Positions 20,457 through 31,563 are shown, numbered from the stretch's first letter. The stretch: DNA of 64,000 nucleotides from Terriglobia bacterium (GCA_963768075.1 CAVYHD010000022.1:45802-109801), one strand, 5' to 3'. Numbers and translations: made by a program. The notes: generated by a model not told the origin, from the sequence alone.

Positions 20457-21806
20457 GTGAGACTGGTGGCAGGAGGCTTGCTCATTCTGATTCTCGGTTT
20501 GAAAGGCCGAGCCCAAGCGCCGTCGGTGGAAGAACAGCAGTATCTCTTCTCTGTTTTACCGCTGATAGAAACGGGCGAGCTTTCGAACGCGGAAAAGCGG
20601 CTCCTCTCGGGCATCGAGCAGTACCCGCGCTCTGCCATCCTGTACAACGCACTGGGTATCGTTTACCACAAGCAGGCCAAGAGCGATAAAGCCGCTGCTT
20701 CGTTCCGCAAGGCGATCGAGATACTACCATCCTTCACTGCGGCGCAACTCCAGCTTGCTTCGATTGACCAGGAGCAAGGCAACCGAACAGAAGCGGCGCA
20801 GTTGTATCGCTCCGCCGGTGACAGTACCACAAATTTTGACGCTCTCGCGGCCGCCGGCCTAGGGCTGGCTGAGTGCGAGGACTACGCGGGCGCGGCTCGC
20901 GTGCTCGAGCGCGCTCACGCCCTGCGGCCGGACGCGGAGTCGGTCAAGTACAACCTGGCGCTGGCGCAATACAAGAGCGGCAATCCGGCATCTGCTCTGG
21001 AGTCGCTACAATCGATCGCCGCAGAACGCCAGCCAGACGTTCTTCATCTGCGCGGCAAGGTGCTAGAGGGTTTGGGTAAAGCCGAAGGTGCAGTTGACCT
21101 CACGACGGCGTGCCGCCTGGAACCGGGAAACGAAGTATTTTGCGCCGACGCGGCCCTGGCGGATATCCGGCAGGAGAGATTCCTGGATGCGATCGCGGTA
21201 TTGGAGCCGAGCCTCGAGAAATCAAAGGGATCATTGTCCATGTTGCCGTTGATGGGTCTGGCACAATTTCGTTTGGGTCGGTACCACGACGCGATGTCGA
21301 GTTACACTGCCGCCCTTCAAAAGGACCCGAGCGTCGATCCGTCGCGCGAGGGTCTGGGTTTTCTTTGTTACGTAACCGGGGACCTGGAAAAAGCGCGCGC
21401 CGTAATCGAGGAAGGCTTGAAGAATCCCAACGCCGATTTCTATCTCGCGCATCTTGATGCGATGGTGCTCTACCGCCTCTCACCGCAGTTACGATCCAAG
21501 GCGCTCGACGCCGTAGGGCGTGCGCTTCGGGCTAACGGTCAATTTGCGCCGTCTTACTTTTTGCGCGGAAAGATTCGCATGGACCAAAACGACTTTGCGG
21601 GCGCCCTCGGCGACTTCGAACACGCTGTCGAGTTGGACCCCAAGTATCCGCTCCCCTATTACAAGATGGCTCAGATCTATACGCGACAGGGGAGAACTAA
21701 AGAGGCAGAGGCCGCGCGGCGTAAATTCTCCGAGCTGGGAAATCTGAGGGAGGAAGAAATACTCCTGCGCCAGACGCAGAACATCCTCCTGCCGGGGCCG
21801 CGTTAA
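20457..21806 (+). CDS. TPR-repeat protein
   Basis: TPR repeats throughout. GTG at 20457 gives a signal-like 'VRLVAGGLLILILGLKGRAQA'. TTG at 20421 is an alternative start. Confidence 0.75.
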   Translation: MRLVAGGLLILILGLKGRAQAPSVEEQQYLFSVLPLIETGELSNAEKRLLSGIEQYPRSAILYNALGIVYHKQAKSDKAAASFRKAIEILPSFTAAQLQLASIDQEQGNRTEAAQLYRSAGDSTTNFDALAAAGLGLAECEDYAGAARVLERAHALRPDAESVKYNLALAQYKSGNPASALESLQSIAAERQPDVLHLRGKVLEGLGKAEGAVDLTTACRLEPGNEVFCADAALADIRQERFLDAIAVLEPSLEKSKGSLSMLPLMGLAQFRLGRYHDAMSSYTAALQKDPSVDPSREGLGFLCYVTGDLEKARAVIEEGLKNPNADFYLAHLDAMVLYRLSPQLRSKALDAVGRALRANGQFAPSYFLRGKIRMDQNDFAGALGDFEHAVELDPKYPLPYYKMAQIYTRQGRTKEAEAARRKFSELGNLREEEILLRQTQNILLPGPR

Positions 21807-21810
21807 GATT

Positions 21811-23517
21811 ATGCCCCGTGGCGTTCGCTGGCTGCCGCTCGTCCCGGTTGCCGGCTTGGTGTGCGCCATGATTACCAAAGACGCATGGCCGGTGAGATTC
21901 CTGGATATTGCGCGAAGAGCCGGTCTGATGACAGCTAATGTGTCTGGCGGCATCACAAGCAAGAAATACATCCTTGAGATGAACGGCAGTGGTGTGGCTT
22001 TCTTCGACTACAACCACGACGGTTATGTTGATTTGTTCGTGGTGAACGGAACGCAGCTCGACCGCAGTGCGAGCACGGAGGAACCGGTGAGCCATCTGTA
22101 TCGCAACAACGGCGACGGCACATTCACCGACGTGACGCGTGAGGCCGGCCTGGCTTATTCGGGGTGGGGCCAGGGAGCTTGTGTGGCTGACTTCGATAAT
22201 GATGGATATGACGATTTGTTCGTCACTTACTACGGCAAAAACCGGCTCTATCACAACAATGGCAACGGCACGTTCACCGAGATGGCGGAGCGCGCCGGCC
22301 TTGCCGGGACCGATGGGCGATGGAACTCGGGCTGTGCGTTTCTCGACTACGACCGTGATGGCAAGGTGGATCTGTTCGTCGCGAACTACGTCGACTTGGG
22401 TCCGAACTTCTCAAACGTACCCAAGCCGGGATCGGGCGAGTTCTGCCAGTACAAGGGCATTCCCATTGCATGCGGCCCTCGCGGCCTTCCCGCGGCGGTG
22501 AATTATCTCTACCACAATAATGGCGATGGCACGTTCTCCGACGTCAGTGCGCGGGCAGGCATCCGCAAAACCGAAGGCCATTACGCACTGGGCGTGTTGA
22601 CGTTCGATTACGATAACGATGGCTGGCCAGATATCTACGTGGCTTGCGATTCGGCGGCGAGCATTCTATATCACAACCAGCGCGACGGCACCTTCCACGA
22701 CTCCGGCGTGGCTTCGGGAGTGGCCTACAACGAGGATGGAGAAGCGCAGGCGGGCATGGGGGTGGCGGCGCTCGATTACGATCATGACGGTTTCTTCGAC
22801 ATAGTGAAGACAAACTTCTCCGACGACAGTCCCAACCTCTACCACAACAATGGCGACGGCACCTTTTCCGATCGCGTCTTTCAAGCGGGGCTCGGACGGC
22901 AGCGGAACTTTCTGGGCTGGGGGGTGGTTGCAGCCGACTTCGATAACGATGGTTGGAGCGACATTTTCATAGTGAACGGCCATTTAACCCCTGAAATCGA
23001 CACGGCAAAGAGCGACGCCACATATAGGCAGCGTAAACTGCTGTACCGCAACCTGCGGGATGGGCGCTTCGAAGATGTCACGCTGGCTTCCGGCCCGGAC
23101 ATCGCGGGCCTGCATTCCAGCCGGGGCGCGGCAGCGGCGGATCTATACAATGACGGCCGCCTCGCAGTCGTGGTAAATGAGCTGCACGAGAGGCCATCGC
23201 TGCTTGCGCCGGAAGCAGTGTCCCCGAACCACTGGATCGGCATACAACTGATTGGGACCAGGTCGAATCGGGATGGCCTTGGCGCGCGCGTTGAAATAGA
23301 GTCGGCCGGCCTTCGACAGATCGATGAGGTCCGGAGCGGCGGCAGCTATCTTTCGCAGAGCGATTTGCGGCTGCATTTTGGTCTGGGCACGGCAACGCGC
23401 GCTGAGCTTGTCACGGTGCATTGGCCGAGCGGCACAGTGGATACCGTGCACGGCATTCCGGCTGATCGCCCTGTCGTTATAGAGGAAGGCTCCGGGATGT
23501 GGCGGAAGCCGAAGTGA
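21811..23517 (+). CDS. CRTAC1-family protein (FG-GAP/VCBS repeats + ASPIC/UnbV domain)
   Basis: Repeated 'DYDxDGxxDLFV' and 'LYHNNGDGTF' blades. C-terminal 'NRDGLGARVEIESAG...SGGSYLSQSDLRLHFGLG'. Confidence 0.9.
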   Translation: MPRGVRWLPLVPVAGLVCAMITKDAWPVRFLDIARRAGLMTANVSGGITSKKYILEMNGSGVAFFDYNHDGYVDLFVVNGTQLDRSASTEEPVSHLYRNNGDGTFTDVTREAGLAYSGWGQGACVADFDNDGYDDLFVTYYGKNRLYHNNGNGTFTEMAERAGLAGTDGRWNSGCAFLDYDRDGKVDLFVANYVDLGPNFSNVPKPGSGEFCQYKGIPIACGPRGLPAAVNYLYHNNGDGTFSDVSARAGIRKTEGHYALGVLTFDYDNDGWPDIYVACDSAASILYHNQRDGTFHDSGVASGVAYNEDGEAQAGMGVAALDYDHDGFFDIVKTNFSDDSPNLYHNNGDGTFSDRVFQAGLGRQRNFLGWGVVAADFDNDGWSDIFIVNGHLTPEIDTAKSDATYRQRKLLYRNLRDGRFEDVTLASGPDIAGLHSSRGAAAADLYNDGRLAVVVNELHERPSLLAPEAVSPNHWIGIQLIGTRSNRDGLGARVEIESAGLRQIDEVRSGGSYLSQSDLRLHFGLGTATRAELVTVHWPSGTVDTVHGIPADRPVVIEEGSGMWRKPK

Positions 23518-23536
23518 GCCGGGAACGCGGCGCAGC

Positions 23537-25036
23537 TCAGGCGAGAATTTCTTTGACTATGCGGGCTTCGAAAACCGAGGTCAGCTTTTCTTTCAAGCCG
23601 CTCTGGTCGAAGACGAGCTTCTGGTAGTCGAGGCCTAGTAGGTGCAGGATGGTGGCGTGCCAGTCGGTCACACTGACTTTGTTCTCGACGGCCTCGTAGC
23701 CGATTTCATCCGTAGCGCCGTGAATGATTCCGGGTTTGACACCGCCGCCAGCCATCCATAGGCTGAAGCCTTTGGGATTGTGATCGCGGCCGGCGGAAGG
23801 GCCGGCATCGGTCTGGGCGATGGGTGAGCGGCCGAACTCGCCGCCCCAGATGACCAGCGTGTTGTCGAGCAAGCCGCGCTGTTTCAGGTCGGCCAGCAGG
23901 CCAGCGGTGGGCTTATCAGTGCGCAGGCTGGCATCTCTCATGCCGCTCTCCAGGCTGGTATGACTGTCCCAGATTTGCGAATTGATGTAAAGCTGCACGA
24001 AGCGCACGCCGCGCTCGACCAGGCGGCGCGCCATCAGGCAGCGGCGCCCATAGGAATCGGTGGGATCCTGACCGATGCCATACATCTCTTTGGTTGCCGC
24101 GCTTTCCTTGCCGATGTCCAGAGCGTCACTGGCTTCCAATTGCAGGCGGGCGGCGAGCTCATAACTGGAGATACGCGCGTCCAACTGGAGCTCGTTGGGA
24201 TGAGCCCGTTTGTGAATCCGATCCAGGCGCGAGATCAAGTCGCGCTCGGCATTGATGAGCTCCGCGGGTTTGTCGAAATCGGGCCGCAAGTCCAAAATCG
24301 GTGAGCCGACCGACCGCAGGCGCGTTCCCTGGTACAAGGGCGGCAGAAAACCGTTCTCCCAGTTCCAGGTTGCATTGATGGGCAGTCCCAGCGGATCATC
24401 CAACACCACATATGCGGGAAGGTTCTGATTCTCGGTGCCCAGCCCGAACACAACCCAGGAGCCCATGGACGGACGCCCGGGAATGGGCCGCCCCGAATGG
24501 ATCATGAATAGCGCCTGTTCGTGATTGAAGTGCACGGTGTACATGGAGCGAATCATGGCGATATCGTCGACATGCTGCGCCAAATTCGGCATCACCTCCG
24601 AAACCCAAGCGCCAGACTTGCCATATTGCTTAAACGCGAACGGGCTGCGCAGCAGCTTGCCGCTATGGTCGATATCCGCCTGGCCGCCTGCCGTCTCATA
24701 GTTTTCGCCGCTATGCTTATCCAACTTAGGCTTGGGGTCGAAAAGATCCACCTGGCTGGGACCGCCATTCATGTACAGATGGATCACTGCTTTTGCCTTG
24801 GGCGGAAAGTCAGTGGGGCGAGGTTTGAGATCGTAGATCCGCCGGTGACCATCGGGGAGGTCCGAATCGGTCCCGGCAGCCATCAGCGGGCCCAAGCTTC
24901 CATAAACCTCACCGCTTAAAATGGTGGCCAGCGCAGTGCCATAGATTCCATCACCGATGCGGTTGAAAAAACCGCGGCGAGTCGTTTTTCCATTCGAATT
25001 GTGCAGTGACATGCTTGACCTCATTGCCCTAATCAA
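23537..25036 (-). CDS. DUF1501 (sulfatase-fold) protein, Tat signal
   Basis: 'TRRGFFNRIGDG' and 'GRDHNPKGFSLWMAGGGVKPG'. Overlaps the upstream partner gene by 8 nt. Confidence 0.9.
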   Translation of the reverse strand: MIRAMRSSMSLHNSNGKTTRRGFFNRIGDGIYGTALATILSGEVYGSLGPLMAAGTDSDLPDGHRRIYDLKPRPTDFPPKAKAVIHLYMNGGPSQVDLFDPKPKLDKHSGENYETAGGQADIDHSGKLLRSPFAFKQYGKSGAWVSEVMPNLAQHVDDIAMIRSMYTVHFNHEQALFMIHSGRPIPGRPSMGSWVVFGLGTENQNLPAYVVLDDPLGLPINATWNWENGFLPPLYQGTRLRSVGSPILDLRPDFDKPAELINAERDLISRLDRIHKRAHPNELQLDARISSYELAARLQLEASDALDIGKESAATKEMYGIGQDPTDSYGRRCLMARRLVERGVRFVQLYINSQIWDSHTSLESGMRDASLRTDKPTAGLLADLKQRGLLDNTLVIWGGEFGRSPIAQTDAGPSAGRDHNPKGFSLWMAGGGVKPGIIHGATDEIGYEAVENKVSVTDWHATILHLLGLDYQKLVFDQSGLKEKLTSVFEARIVKEILA

Positions 25037-28010
25037 TATAAAGGAAAGCCGCAGAGTTCACTAGAGCGTGACAAAATGACGCGAGCGCTTTCTGATCCGC
25101 GGCAGCCGCCGATTGCGGTGATTTTTGCATGGACTCGAATCGGCCCAATGCCTGCAAACTTTCCACCTTCTCGTCCTCGTTGGGTGGCCGGCCGAGCGCA
25201 ATCCAGTAAGCTCTATCAATTTGTTTTTCCGGTGCTTCGCCAACTTCTTTTCTGACGCGTTGGGCGAAGGTCTCCGCCAGATTCTCGACCATGGAGTTAT
25301 TCAAGAGGTGCAGAGCCTGGATCGCGACCGTTGACGTGTTCCTCTCCAGACAGTTCGGACTCATCGGCGGCAGATCGAAGCTTTCAAGAAGCGTTGTGGG
25401 TTCGGTGCGCCGCTCGGCTAGGTAGACGCTGCGACGCCAGCCCTTGTCTGTGGCGATCGGCGTGACAAGACCGTCATCCCGCACTTGAACGGGTTCCGGG
25501 GGTCCGTAGCGCCCTTCATCTAACCGACCTGAGATCATCAAAAGCGAATCATACAGCGCTTCCGCATCCATACGCTTCAGCGGCATCCGTGAGAGCAGCA
25601 CGTTGTCCGGATCGGATTTCTCGAGTGCCGCGGTTACCGTAGAACCCTGGCGGTAAGTGCTCGACGTCATCATGAGCCGATGCAGGGTTTTGATGCTCCA
25701 ACCCTTCTGAACGAACTCCGTGGCAAGCCAATCAAGCAGTTCGGGATTGCTGGGAGGCGTACCCGTGCGCCCGAAATTACCCAGTGATTTCACGATGCCC
25801 GTGCCAAAATGGCGCGCCCACATCCGATTCACGAAAACGCGCGCCGTGAGGGGATGATCCGGCGTGACGAGCCATTTGGCAAAAGCCAGCCTGCGTCCGG
25901 TGGACGGCGATCCGGGGAACGGCGGCCGCGGCACGAAGGCGGTCTTACCATCTGTCAGCATGGAAGGGACACCGGGGCCGACCCGGGGTCCTGGATTGGC
26001 GGGGTCTCCCCGGCGCGAGATGTAGGTCGGGGACGGGTCGCCACGATCCCAAAGCGCCCGTATTTTCGGTTCCGGCAACTTTCGAAATTCGAGTAATTTG
26101 ATTTGGCGCTCGGTGTCGTCGGCGGCCTGGGCATAGGCGGGATCGGCGGCTCTCAGATCGCGTGGTTCGACTTTGAGAATTTTCCCGAATTTTTCAGCCA
26201 GATATTTCTGGATCGCATCTCGTCTGTCCGGGGGCGTATCCAGAACTTTGCGCAGATCTTCCTGCAAACCAGCCGGCTGTTGTGCCAGTCTTCGATCGAT
26301 CAGCGTTTTCCGAATCGGCGCGGCCTTTTGTTCCAACGCTTCCTTTAGCCCGGCGATCTTTAGATCCAATTGGCCATTGGCAAGGTCCAGCGCCTCCTGC
26401 TCTTTCAGCAACTGCATCGGACTCGCCCCGGGTGTTAGGTAGGGCAGGTACCGAATCGGCGTGACGAGTTTGGCCAAGGGATCTTTTTGCGGCATTTGCC
26501 AGTCATAATAGTCGAACGCCCCCTTGAAGACGTCGACCATGCGGTAGTAATCGCGCTGCGGCAGGGGATCGTATTTATGACTGTGGCACCGGGCACAGCG
26601 AATCGTAAGACCCAGGATGCCCGAGCCGATAACGTCCATCTCGTCGGCAATCACGTCCAAGCGATCCTCCACGGAATTTGTGGATCTGTCGTTGGTCGAG
26701 TCCGGACCCATGCGCAGGAACCCAGTGGCGATCAGGTTATCCATCATTTCCGCGGTGACGACGGGGGCGTGTTCGTAATCCATCAGCTCATCGCCGGCGA
26801 ACTGTTCCATCAGAAAACGATCATAAGGTTTGTCCGCATTGAACGAGCGGATGACGTAGTCGCGATAACGCCAGGCCTCGGGGCGGACGGGGTCGGACGC
26901 GAGCTTTCCGCCTTCTGAATCCGCGTAGCCGGCCAGGTCGAGCCAGTCGCGGCCCCAACGCTCACCATAGCGCGGCGAGGCGAGGAGGCTGTCAATCATC
27001 TTGTCATAAGCGTCGGGCGCGGAGTCGGCAAGGAAAGCCTGGACCTCAGCGGGAGTAGGCGGCAATCCAGTCAGATCAAAATACGCACGCCGGACGAGCG
27101 TGAGCTTGCTGGCTTCGGGCGCGAGCGAAAGCCCCTTGGCTTCGAGCTTGCTTAGCACGAACAGGTCGATGGGATTGCGGACACGATCGCGATTCTTAAC
27201 GGCAGGTTCGGCCGGCCGCGTGGGTGGCCGAAAAGACCAGAACTGGCGGTCCTTATCGGAAACCAGCGGATCGGCTTTTCCGTTTTGCGCATCGGCGGGT
27301 TTCCCTTCGGGGGCTCCCTGTGCGATCCAGGCCACTACCCGATCGATCTCGGGCTTTGTGATGCGCTTGGTGCTGATCTCGTCGAGACCCAGTTTGGGAG
27401 GCATCTCGCCGGAGCGAAGTTTCTGGACGATTAGACTGTCTTCGGGCTTGCCAGGCACCATCGCCCGACCCGACTGGCCTCCTTTGACGATTGCGGCCCG
27501 TGTATGGAGAGCCAACCCCCCTTCTTGACGGAGCGAACCGTGACATGGACTGCAGCGCAGGAGGAAGATAGGGAGGACATCATCCTCGGTCACGGGCCCG
27601 GCCGAAAGTTGGGGCGCTGCCGAACCGGATCGCGCGCCGGCTTCGATCCACTCGCGAATGGATGCGATCTGGCTCGGAGCGAGCGGCTTGCCGCCCTTTG
27701 GCATCGCGCCTTTCTCCACCATTTCGTAAAGCCGGCTTTCTTGAGGTTTCCCCGGAGTAAGCACTGGCCCATCGTCTCCGCCTTTTATGACGCCCGCGAA
27801 AGTGCTAAGGTCGAGTTCTCTCATCTTTAAGGCAGCGCTGTGACAAGGAACGCAGCTTGCCTGGAAGATAGGGAGCACGCTGGTTTCGAAAATTGCGGTT
27901 TTCTCCGGACCGGCGGGCGGGGATTGGGCCAAAAGCAATCGAGAGGGGAGAGCCAACATCAGACAGGCAACACGGCAGCGGGAAGTAAAGAAGCGCGTCA
28001 TACTCGCCAA
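25029..28010 (-). CDS. PSCyt1/PSCyt2(DUF1549)/PSD1(DUF1553) multidomain protein
   Basis: Planctomycete-type cytochrome motifs 'CVPCHSAA' and 'CSPCHGSLRQEGGLALH', plus the DUF1549 signature 'CARCHSHKYDP'. Confidence 0.9.
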   Translation of the reverse strand: MASMTRFFTSRCRVACLMLALPSRLLLAQSPPAGPEKTAIFETSVLPIFQASCVPCHSAALKMRELDLSTFAGVIKGGDDGPVLTPGKPQESRLYEMVEKGAMPKGGKPLAPSQIASIREWIEAGARSGSAAPQLSAGPVTEDDVLPIFLLRCSPCHGSLRQEGGLALHTRAAIVKGGQSGRAMVPGKPEDSLIVQKLRSGEMPPKLGLDEISTKRITKPEIDRVVAWIAQGAPEGKPADAQNGKADPLVSDKDRQFWSFRPPTRPAEPAVKNRDRVRNPIDLFVLSKLEAKGLSLAPEASKLTLVRRAYFDLTGLPPTPAEVQAFLADSAPDAYDKMIDSLLASPRYGERWGRDWLDLAGYADSEGGKLASDPVRPEAWRYRDYVIRSFNADKPYDRFLMEQFAGDELMDYEHAPVVTAEMMDNLIATGFLRMGPDSTNDRSTNSVEDRLDVIADEMDVIGSGILGLTIRCARCHSHKYDPLPQRDYYRMVDVFKGAFDYYDWQMPQKDPLAKLVTPIRYLPYLTPGASPMQLLKEQEALDLANGQLDLKIAGLKEALEQKAAPIRKTLIDRRLAQQPAGLQEDLRKVLDTPPDRRDAIQKYLAEKFGKILKVEPRDLRAADPAYAQAADDTERQIKLLEFRKLPEPKIRALWDRGDPSPTYISRRGDPANPGPRVGPGVPSMLTDGKTAFVPRPPFPGSPSTGRRLAFAKWLVTPDHPLTARVFVNRMWARHFGTGIVKSLGNFGRTGTPPSNPELLDWLATEFVQKGWSIKTLHRLMMTSSTYRQGSTVTAALEKSDPDNVLLSRMPLKRMDAEALYDSLLMISGRLDEGRYGPPEPVQVRDDGLVTPIATDKGWRRSVYLAERRTEPTTLLESFDLPPMSPNCLERNTSTVAIQALHLLNNSMVENLAETFAQRVRKEVGEAPEKQIDRAYWIALGRPPNEDEKVESLQALGRFESMQKSPQSAAAADQKALASFCHALVNSAAFLYID

Positions 28011-28152
28011 CTATGATAAGTCTGTCTCGTTGCTAGAGGTACGCTACTCCGTACCCTTCTATTGTACGGCAGCGCGAGCCGCAGAAAACAATCGGTAGTA
28101 TCTTAAATCAACACAGATTGACGACATTACCGGATAATCTGGACAAACGCTA

Positions 28153-29043
28153 ATGATCGAGGTAATCGCAAACTACGGAGATCTCTGCGGCGAATGCCCG
28201 GTTTGGGACGAGATGACAAGCACCCTCTATTGGGTGGACGCGGTGGGCCGGCGCCTCTACCGGTACCAGCCTCAAATTCGGCAGCATCAGATCGTCAGCG
28301 AGGGAGTTGAAATCTACGGTTTCAGGCGCAATCAAAATGGGGGCTTCATCATCACGAACCCTTCGGGAATCTGGATTTGGAGCGCCGGTGCGACACCGCG
28401 GCTAGCGGCCGCAGACGTGGGCGGTGTCAAATGTCAAATGAATGACTGCACGGCTGATTCGCATGGACGGCTTTACGCAGGCACCACATATTTCGATCCT
28501 GCTGCCGCGTACAAACCGGGTCACCTATTGCGGGTAGATAACAACGGAGCGGTAACCATTCTGGACGAGGGATTTCACCTGTCCAATGGAATCGCATTCT
28601 CGACAGACGAGCTGACGATGTATTTTACCGACTCGATCGGCCGGCGGATTTATGCTTACGATTACGATGCCGCGACGGGCGACGTCCGCAACCGGCGCGT
28701 CTTGATCGAGGTACCTAGAGACGAAGGCATCCCCGATGGGCTGACCGTAGACGCGGAAGGTTTTCTGTGGTCCGCTCAGTGGTATGGGTCGTCGGTGGTT
28801 CGCTACGATCCGGATGGCCGAGTGGAGCGGCGCATTGAGACGCCAGCCAAGCAAACATCCTGCTGTGCGTTTGGGGGCGATCAACTAGACGAACTCTATA
28901 TCACGTCAGCCGCTCGATCGGAGCCCACTTCAGAAATGCCGCACGGCTACGATCCGGAGACTGGTTATCTTGGTGGCGCGTTATACGTGGTTCGGCCTGG
29001 TGTGCAGGGAAGAGCGATGCCGGTGGCCAATATTTTGGTATAG
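28153..29043 (+). CDS. SMP-30/gluconolactonase/LRE-family lactonase
   Basis: 'GECPVWDEMTSTLYWVD', 'SNGIAFSTDELTMYFTDS', 'PDGLTVDAEGFLWSA'. Confidence 0.85.
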   Translation: MIEVIANYGDLCGECPVWDEMTSTLYWVDAVGRRLYRYQPQIRQHQIVSEGVEIYGFRRNQNGGFIITNPSGIWIWSAGATPRLAAADVGGVKCQMNDCTADSHGRLYAGTTYFDPAAAYKPGHLLRVDNNGAVTILDEGFHLSNGIAFSTDELTMYFTDSIGRRIYAYDYDAATGDVRNRRVLIEVPRDEGIPDGLTVDAEGFLWSAQWYGSSVVRYDPDGRVERRIETPAKQTSCCAFGGDQLDELYITSAARSEPTSEMPHGYDPETGYLGGALYVVRPGVQGRAMPVANILV

Positions 29044-29069
29044 TGACGCGGCGGACCAGACAGAGGATT

Positions 29070-30101
29070 ATGGGAAAGCTATTTCGAACTACCGTGACCG
29101 GGAGTTATCCCCGGCTTCAACAGCCTGGAAACACCCTGAAGAAGCCAACACTCTCCCGCGATGAAGCTGACGAGATGATCCGCTGGGCGGTAAAAGACCA
29201 GGTGGAAGCTGGGTTGGACATAATCACGGATGGTGAAGGCCGGCGCGAGAACATGTACTACTTCTTCCAGAAGCGTCTCGATGGAGTCAGCTTTGATAAC
29301 ATGGAGTATCGGAAATACGGGCCGCTTGGATTCGGCATCGAGATTGCAAAAGTCACCGGCCGCATCGAGAATCCAAGGTTCGAACTGGCGCGGGATTGGA
29401 AGGTCGCGCGCGACAGTGCGCCGCCTTCGGTCGAAGTCAAATTGACTTGCACCGGGCCGCACATGCTTTCCAAGTTTTCCGACAATGCCCGGCCGGACAT
29501 CTACCCCTCCGATCGCGCTCTGGCTGAAGCGTACGCCGCAGTGCTGCGCCCCGAACTGGAGGAACTGGTGAGCGCCGGTTGTGAGCTCATCCAGTTTGAT
29601 GAGCCCGCCTGGACCGCATTCCCGGAAGAGGCAGTCTGGGGCGCGAAGGTTTTGAACCAGCTGACCGATGGTCTCGGGGCGAGAATCGGTCTGCATGTCT
29701 GCTGTGGAAACGCATACCGAAAGCGGGCCTACACCACGACGTACAATGATCTAGCGGAAGCGTTTCGAACGGTTCGTGCCGATCAACTGGTGCTGGAGCA
29801 TTGCACGCTGCCGTACAACATGATGACGCTGTGGGATTCCTGGGACTTCCGAGGAGAGTTCGCGGTGGGTGTCATCGACCAGCGAAGTGACGACATTGAA
29901 AACATCGACCAGATTGCGGCCCGCACCGCGCCCGCCTTGGAACGCTTTTCCCCTGACCGGCTCCTGCTGACCTCCGAGTGCGGCTTCCAACACGTGCCTC
30001 TCGAGATCACCCGCGCCAAATTGCGGGCGCTGGTTTCCGGCGCCGCCTATTTGCGCAAGCGTGCATCGGGGGAATTGCAAGAGACAGCAGCAAAGCAATA
30101 A
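29070..30101 (+). CDS. Cobalamin-independent methionine-synthase-like (MetE C-terminal, Meth_synt_2) family protein
   Basis: 'TTVTGSYPR' and 'ITDGEGRRENMYYFF'. ATG at 29070 is preceded by AGAGGA. The ORF-track GTG at 29043 is less likely. Confidence 0.8.
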   Translation: MGKLFRTTVTGSYPRLQQPGNTLKKPTLSRDEADEMIRWAVKDQVEAGLDIITDGEGRRENMYYFFQKRLDGVSFDNMEYRKYGPLGFGIEIAKVTGRIENPRFELARDWKVARDSAPPSVEVKLTCTGPHMLSKFSDNARPDIYPSDRALAEAYAAVLRPELEELVSAGCELIQFDEPAWTAFPEEAVWGAKVLNQLTDGLGARIGLHVCCGNAYRKRAYTTTYNDLAEAFRTVRADQLVLEHCTLPYNMMTLWDSWDFRGEFAVGVIDQRSDDIENIDQIAARTAPALERFSPDRLLLTSECGFQHVPLEITRAKLRALVSGAAYLRKRASGELQETAAKQ

Positions 30102-30115
30102 CCCCCGCGACTGAA

Positions 30116-31381
30116 ATGCTTCCCGGCAAATTGGCAGACCAGCACGGATATCTTCCGTTAGTCCTATTGATGATTGCATTGAGCGCCGTAAGCTACTTCG
30201 ACCGCATCATCATGTCCATAGCAGCTCCGCAAATTCTGAACGATTTCGCGCTTTCCGAAACACAAATGGGGTGGATCTATTCCGCTTTTATTCTGACGTA
30301 CGCCGTTTTCATGGCGCCGGGCGGAGCTCTTGCCGACCGCTTCGGGGCGGATCGCGTATTGCTGTTGGTTGGCATCGGGTCGGCGTTATTCACCGCGTTG
30401 ACGGCGTTGGCCGGAAAACCCGGAATAAGCGCATGGCTTGGCGCTTTGCCGTCCTTTCTGATAGTCCGCCTCGCGTTAGGGGCCTGTACGGCGCCGCTCT
30501 ATCCTTCTTGCGCAAGGATCAACGCCACTATCATTCCGGCGCAATGGCGCGGGCGTGTTTGGGGAGGCGTGGCGGGGGGATGCGGAATCGGCGGGGCGTG
30601 CGCGCCTGCGCTGTTCACGTTTATGCAGGTGCGCTGGGGATGGCGTGCTGGATTCTGCCTTTCCGCCGCGGGTACCGCTGCCCTTGCCCTGGCGTGGTTT
30701 TGGGCGCGCGGCAATGCATTTCGGACCAATAGCGCAACTCAACCAGGTGCTGCCGATTCGATTAGCCGAGGCCGCCGGCAACTGCTGAATCCGAATCTTG
30801 GCCTGCTAACGGTTGCGTATGCCGCAACAAATTACTTCGAGTACATTTTCTTTTACTGGCTGTTCTATTACTTCGGCCAAGTCCGCCACATTGCCGCCCA
30901 ACAGAGCGCCTTGTATACGACACTTATCTGGCTGTCATGGGCGGCGATGACGCCTGTGGGCGGGTGGATTTCGGATCGCGCTGTAGCTGCCTATGGCCGG
31001 CGGAATGGCCGTCGTGTGGTGCCTATCTTCGCATTGACACTCAGTGCCCTACTGCTCTATGTGGCGACCTCCTCGCAGAATCCTATTGCCATGGTGTCGC
31101 TCTTGTGCGCCGCCCTCGGCTGTGCGGCTGCCACAGAAGGCCCGTTTTGGGTAGCCGCGTCCGAAATCGGTAGCGCGCACCCGGCGGCCGCCGCGGGAGT
31201 CATGAACACCGGCGGCAGCGTCGGCGGTTTTCTCGCGCCGGTCATCACCCCTTTCATCGCCAACAGAGGTGGCTGGCCTACCGCTCTTTACACCGGCAGC
31301 GCTGTTGTTCTCGGGGCCGTGGTGCTTTGGTTTTTCGTGGATGCTGGCCAGGCAGACGCTGAACGGCGGTATGCAGCTTAG
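30116..31381 (+). CDS. MFS transporter
   Basis: About 12 hydrophobic spans and the 'GGALADRFGADRVLL' loop 2-3 motif. ATG at 30116. Confidence 0.85.
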   Translation: MLPGKLADQHGYLPLVLLMIALSAVSYFDRIIMSIAAPQILNDFALSETQMGWIYSAFILTYAVFMAPGGALADRFGADRVLLLVGIGSALFTALTALAGKPGISAWLGALPSFLIVRLALGACTAPLYPSCARINATIIPAQWRGRVWGGVAGGCGIGGACAPALFTFMQVRWGWRAGFCLSAAGTAALALAWFWARGNAFRTNSATQPGAADSISRGRRQLLNPNLGLLTVAYAATNYFEYIFFYWLFYYFGQVRHIAAQQSALYTTLIWLSWAAMTPVGGWISDRAVAAYGRRNGRRVVPIFALTLSALLLYVATSSQNPIAMVSLLCAALGCAAATEGPFWVAASEIGSAHPAAAAGVMNTGGSVGGFLAPVITPFIANRGGWPTALYTGSAVVLGAVVLWFFVDAGQADAERRYAA

Positions 31382-31534
31382 CCAAGCCCTCGCTTCGGAT
31401 CTTGTCAAGGCAAATCGACGTGATAAAAACACAGGTCTCCCGCATTCCCTTGGAGAGTTATGAAACAAACCTGTTTCTTTAGCTTTTCGAATCCAACCTC
31501 CGTGATGATTCCCGACAGTCTATATCAAATCTGA

Positions 31535-31563
31535 TTGACTTAGCAGCGGCCTTGGAGTACTCT
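31535..31563 (+). promoter_or_regulatory. Possible promoter TTGACT-17 nt-TACTCT upstream of the transporter/dehydratase operon
   Basis: Read directly: -35 at 31535-31540, -10 at 31558-31563, about 65 nt before ATG 31628. Confidence 0.25.
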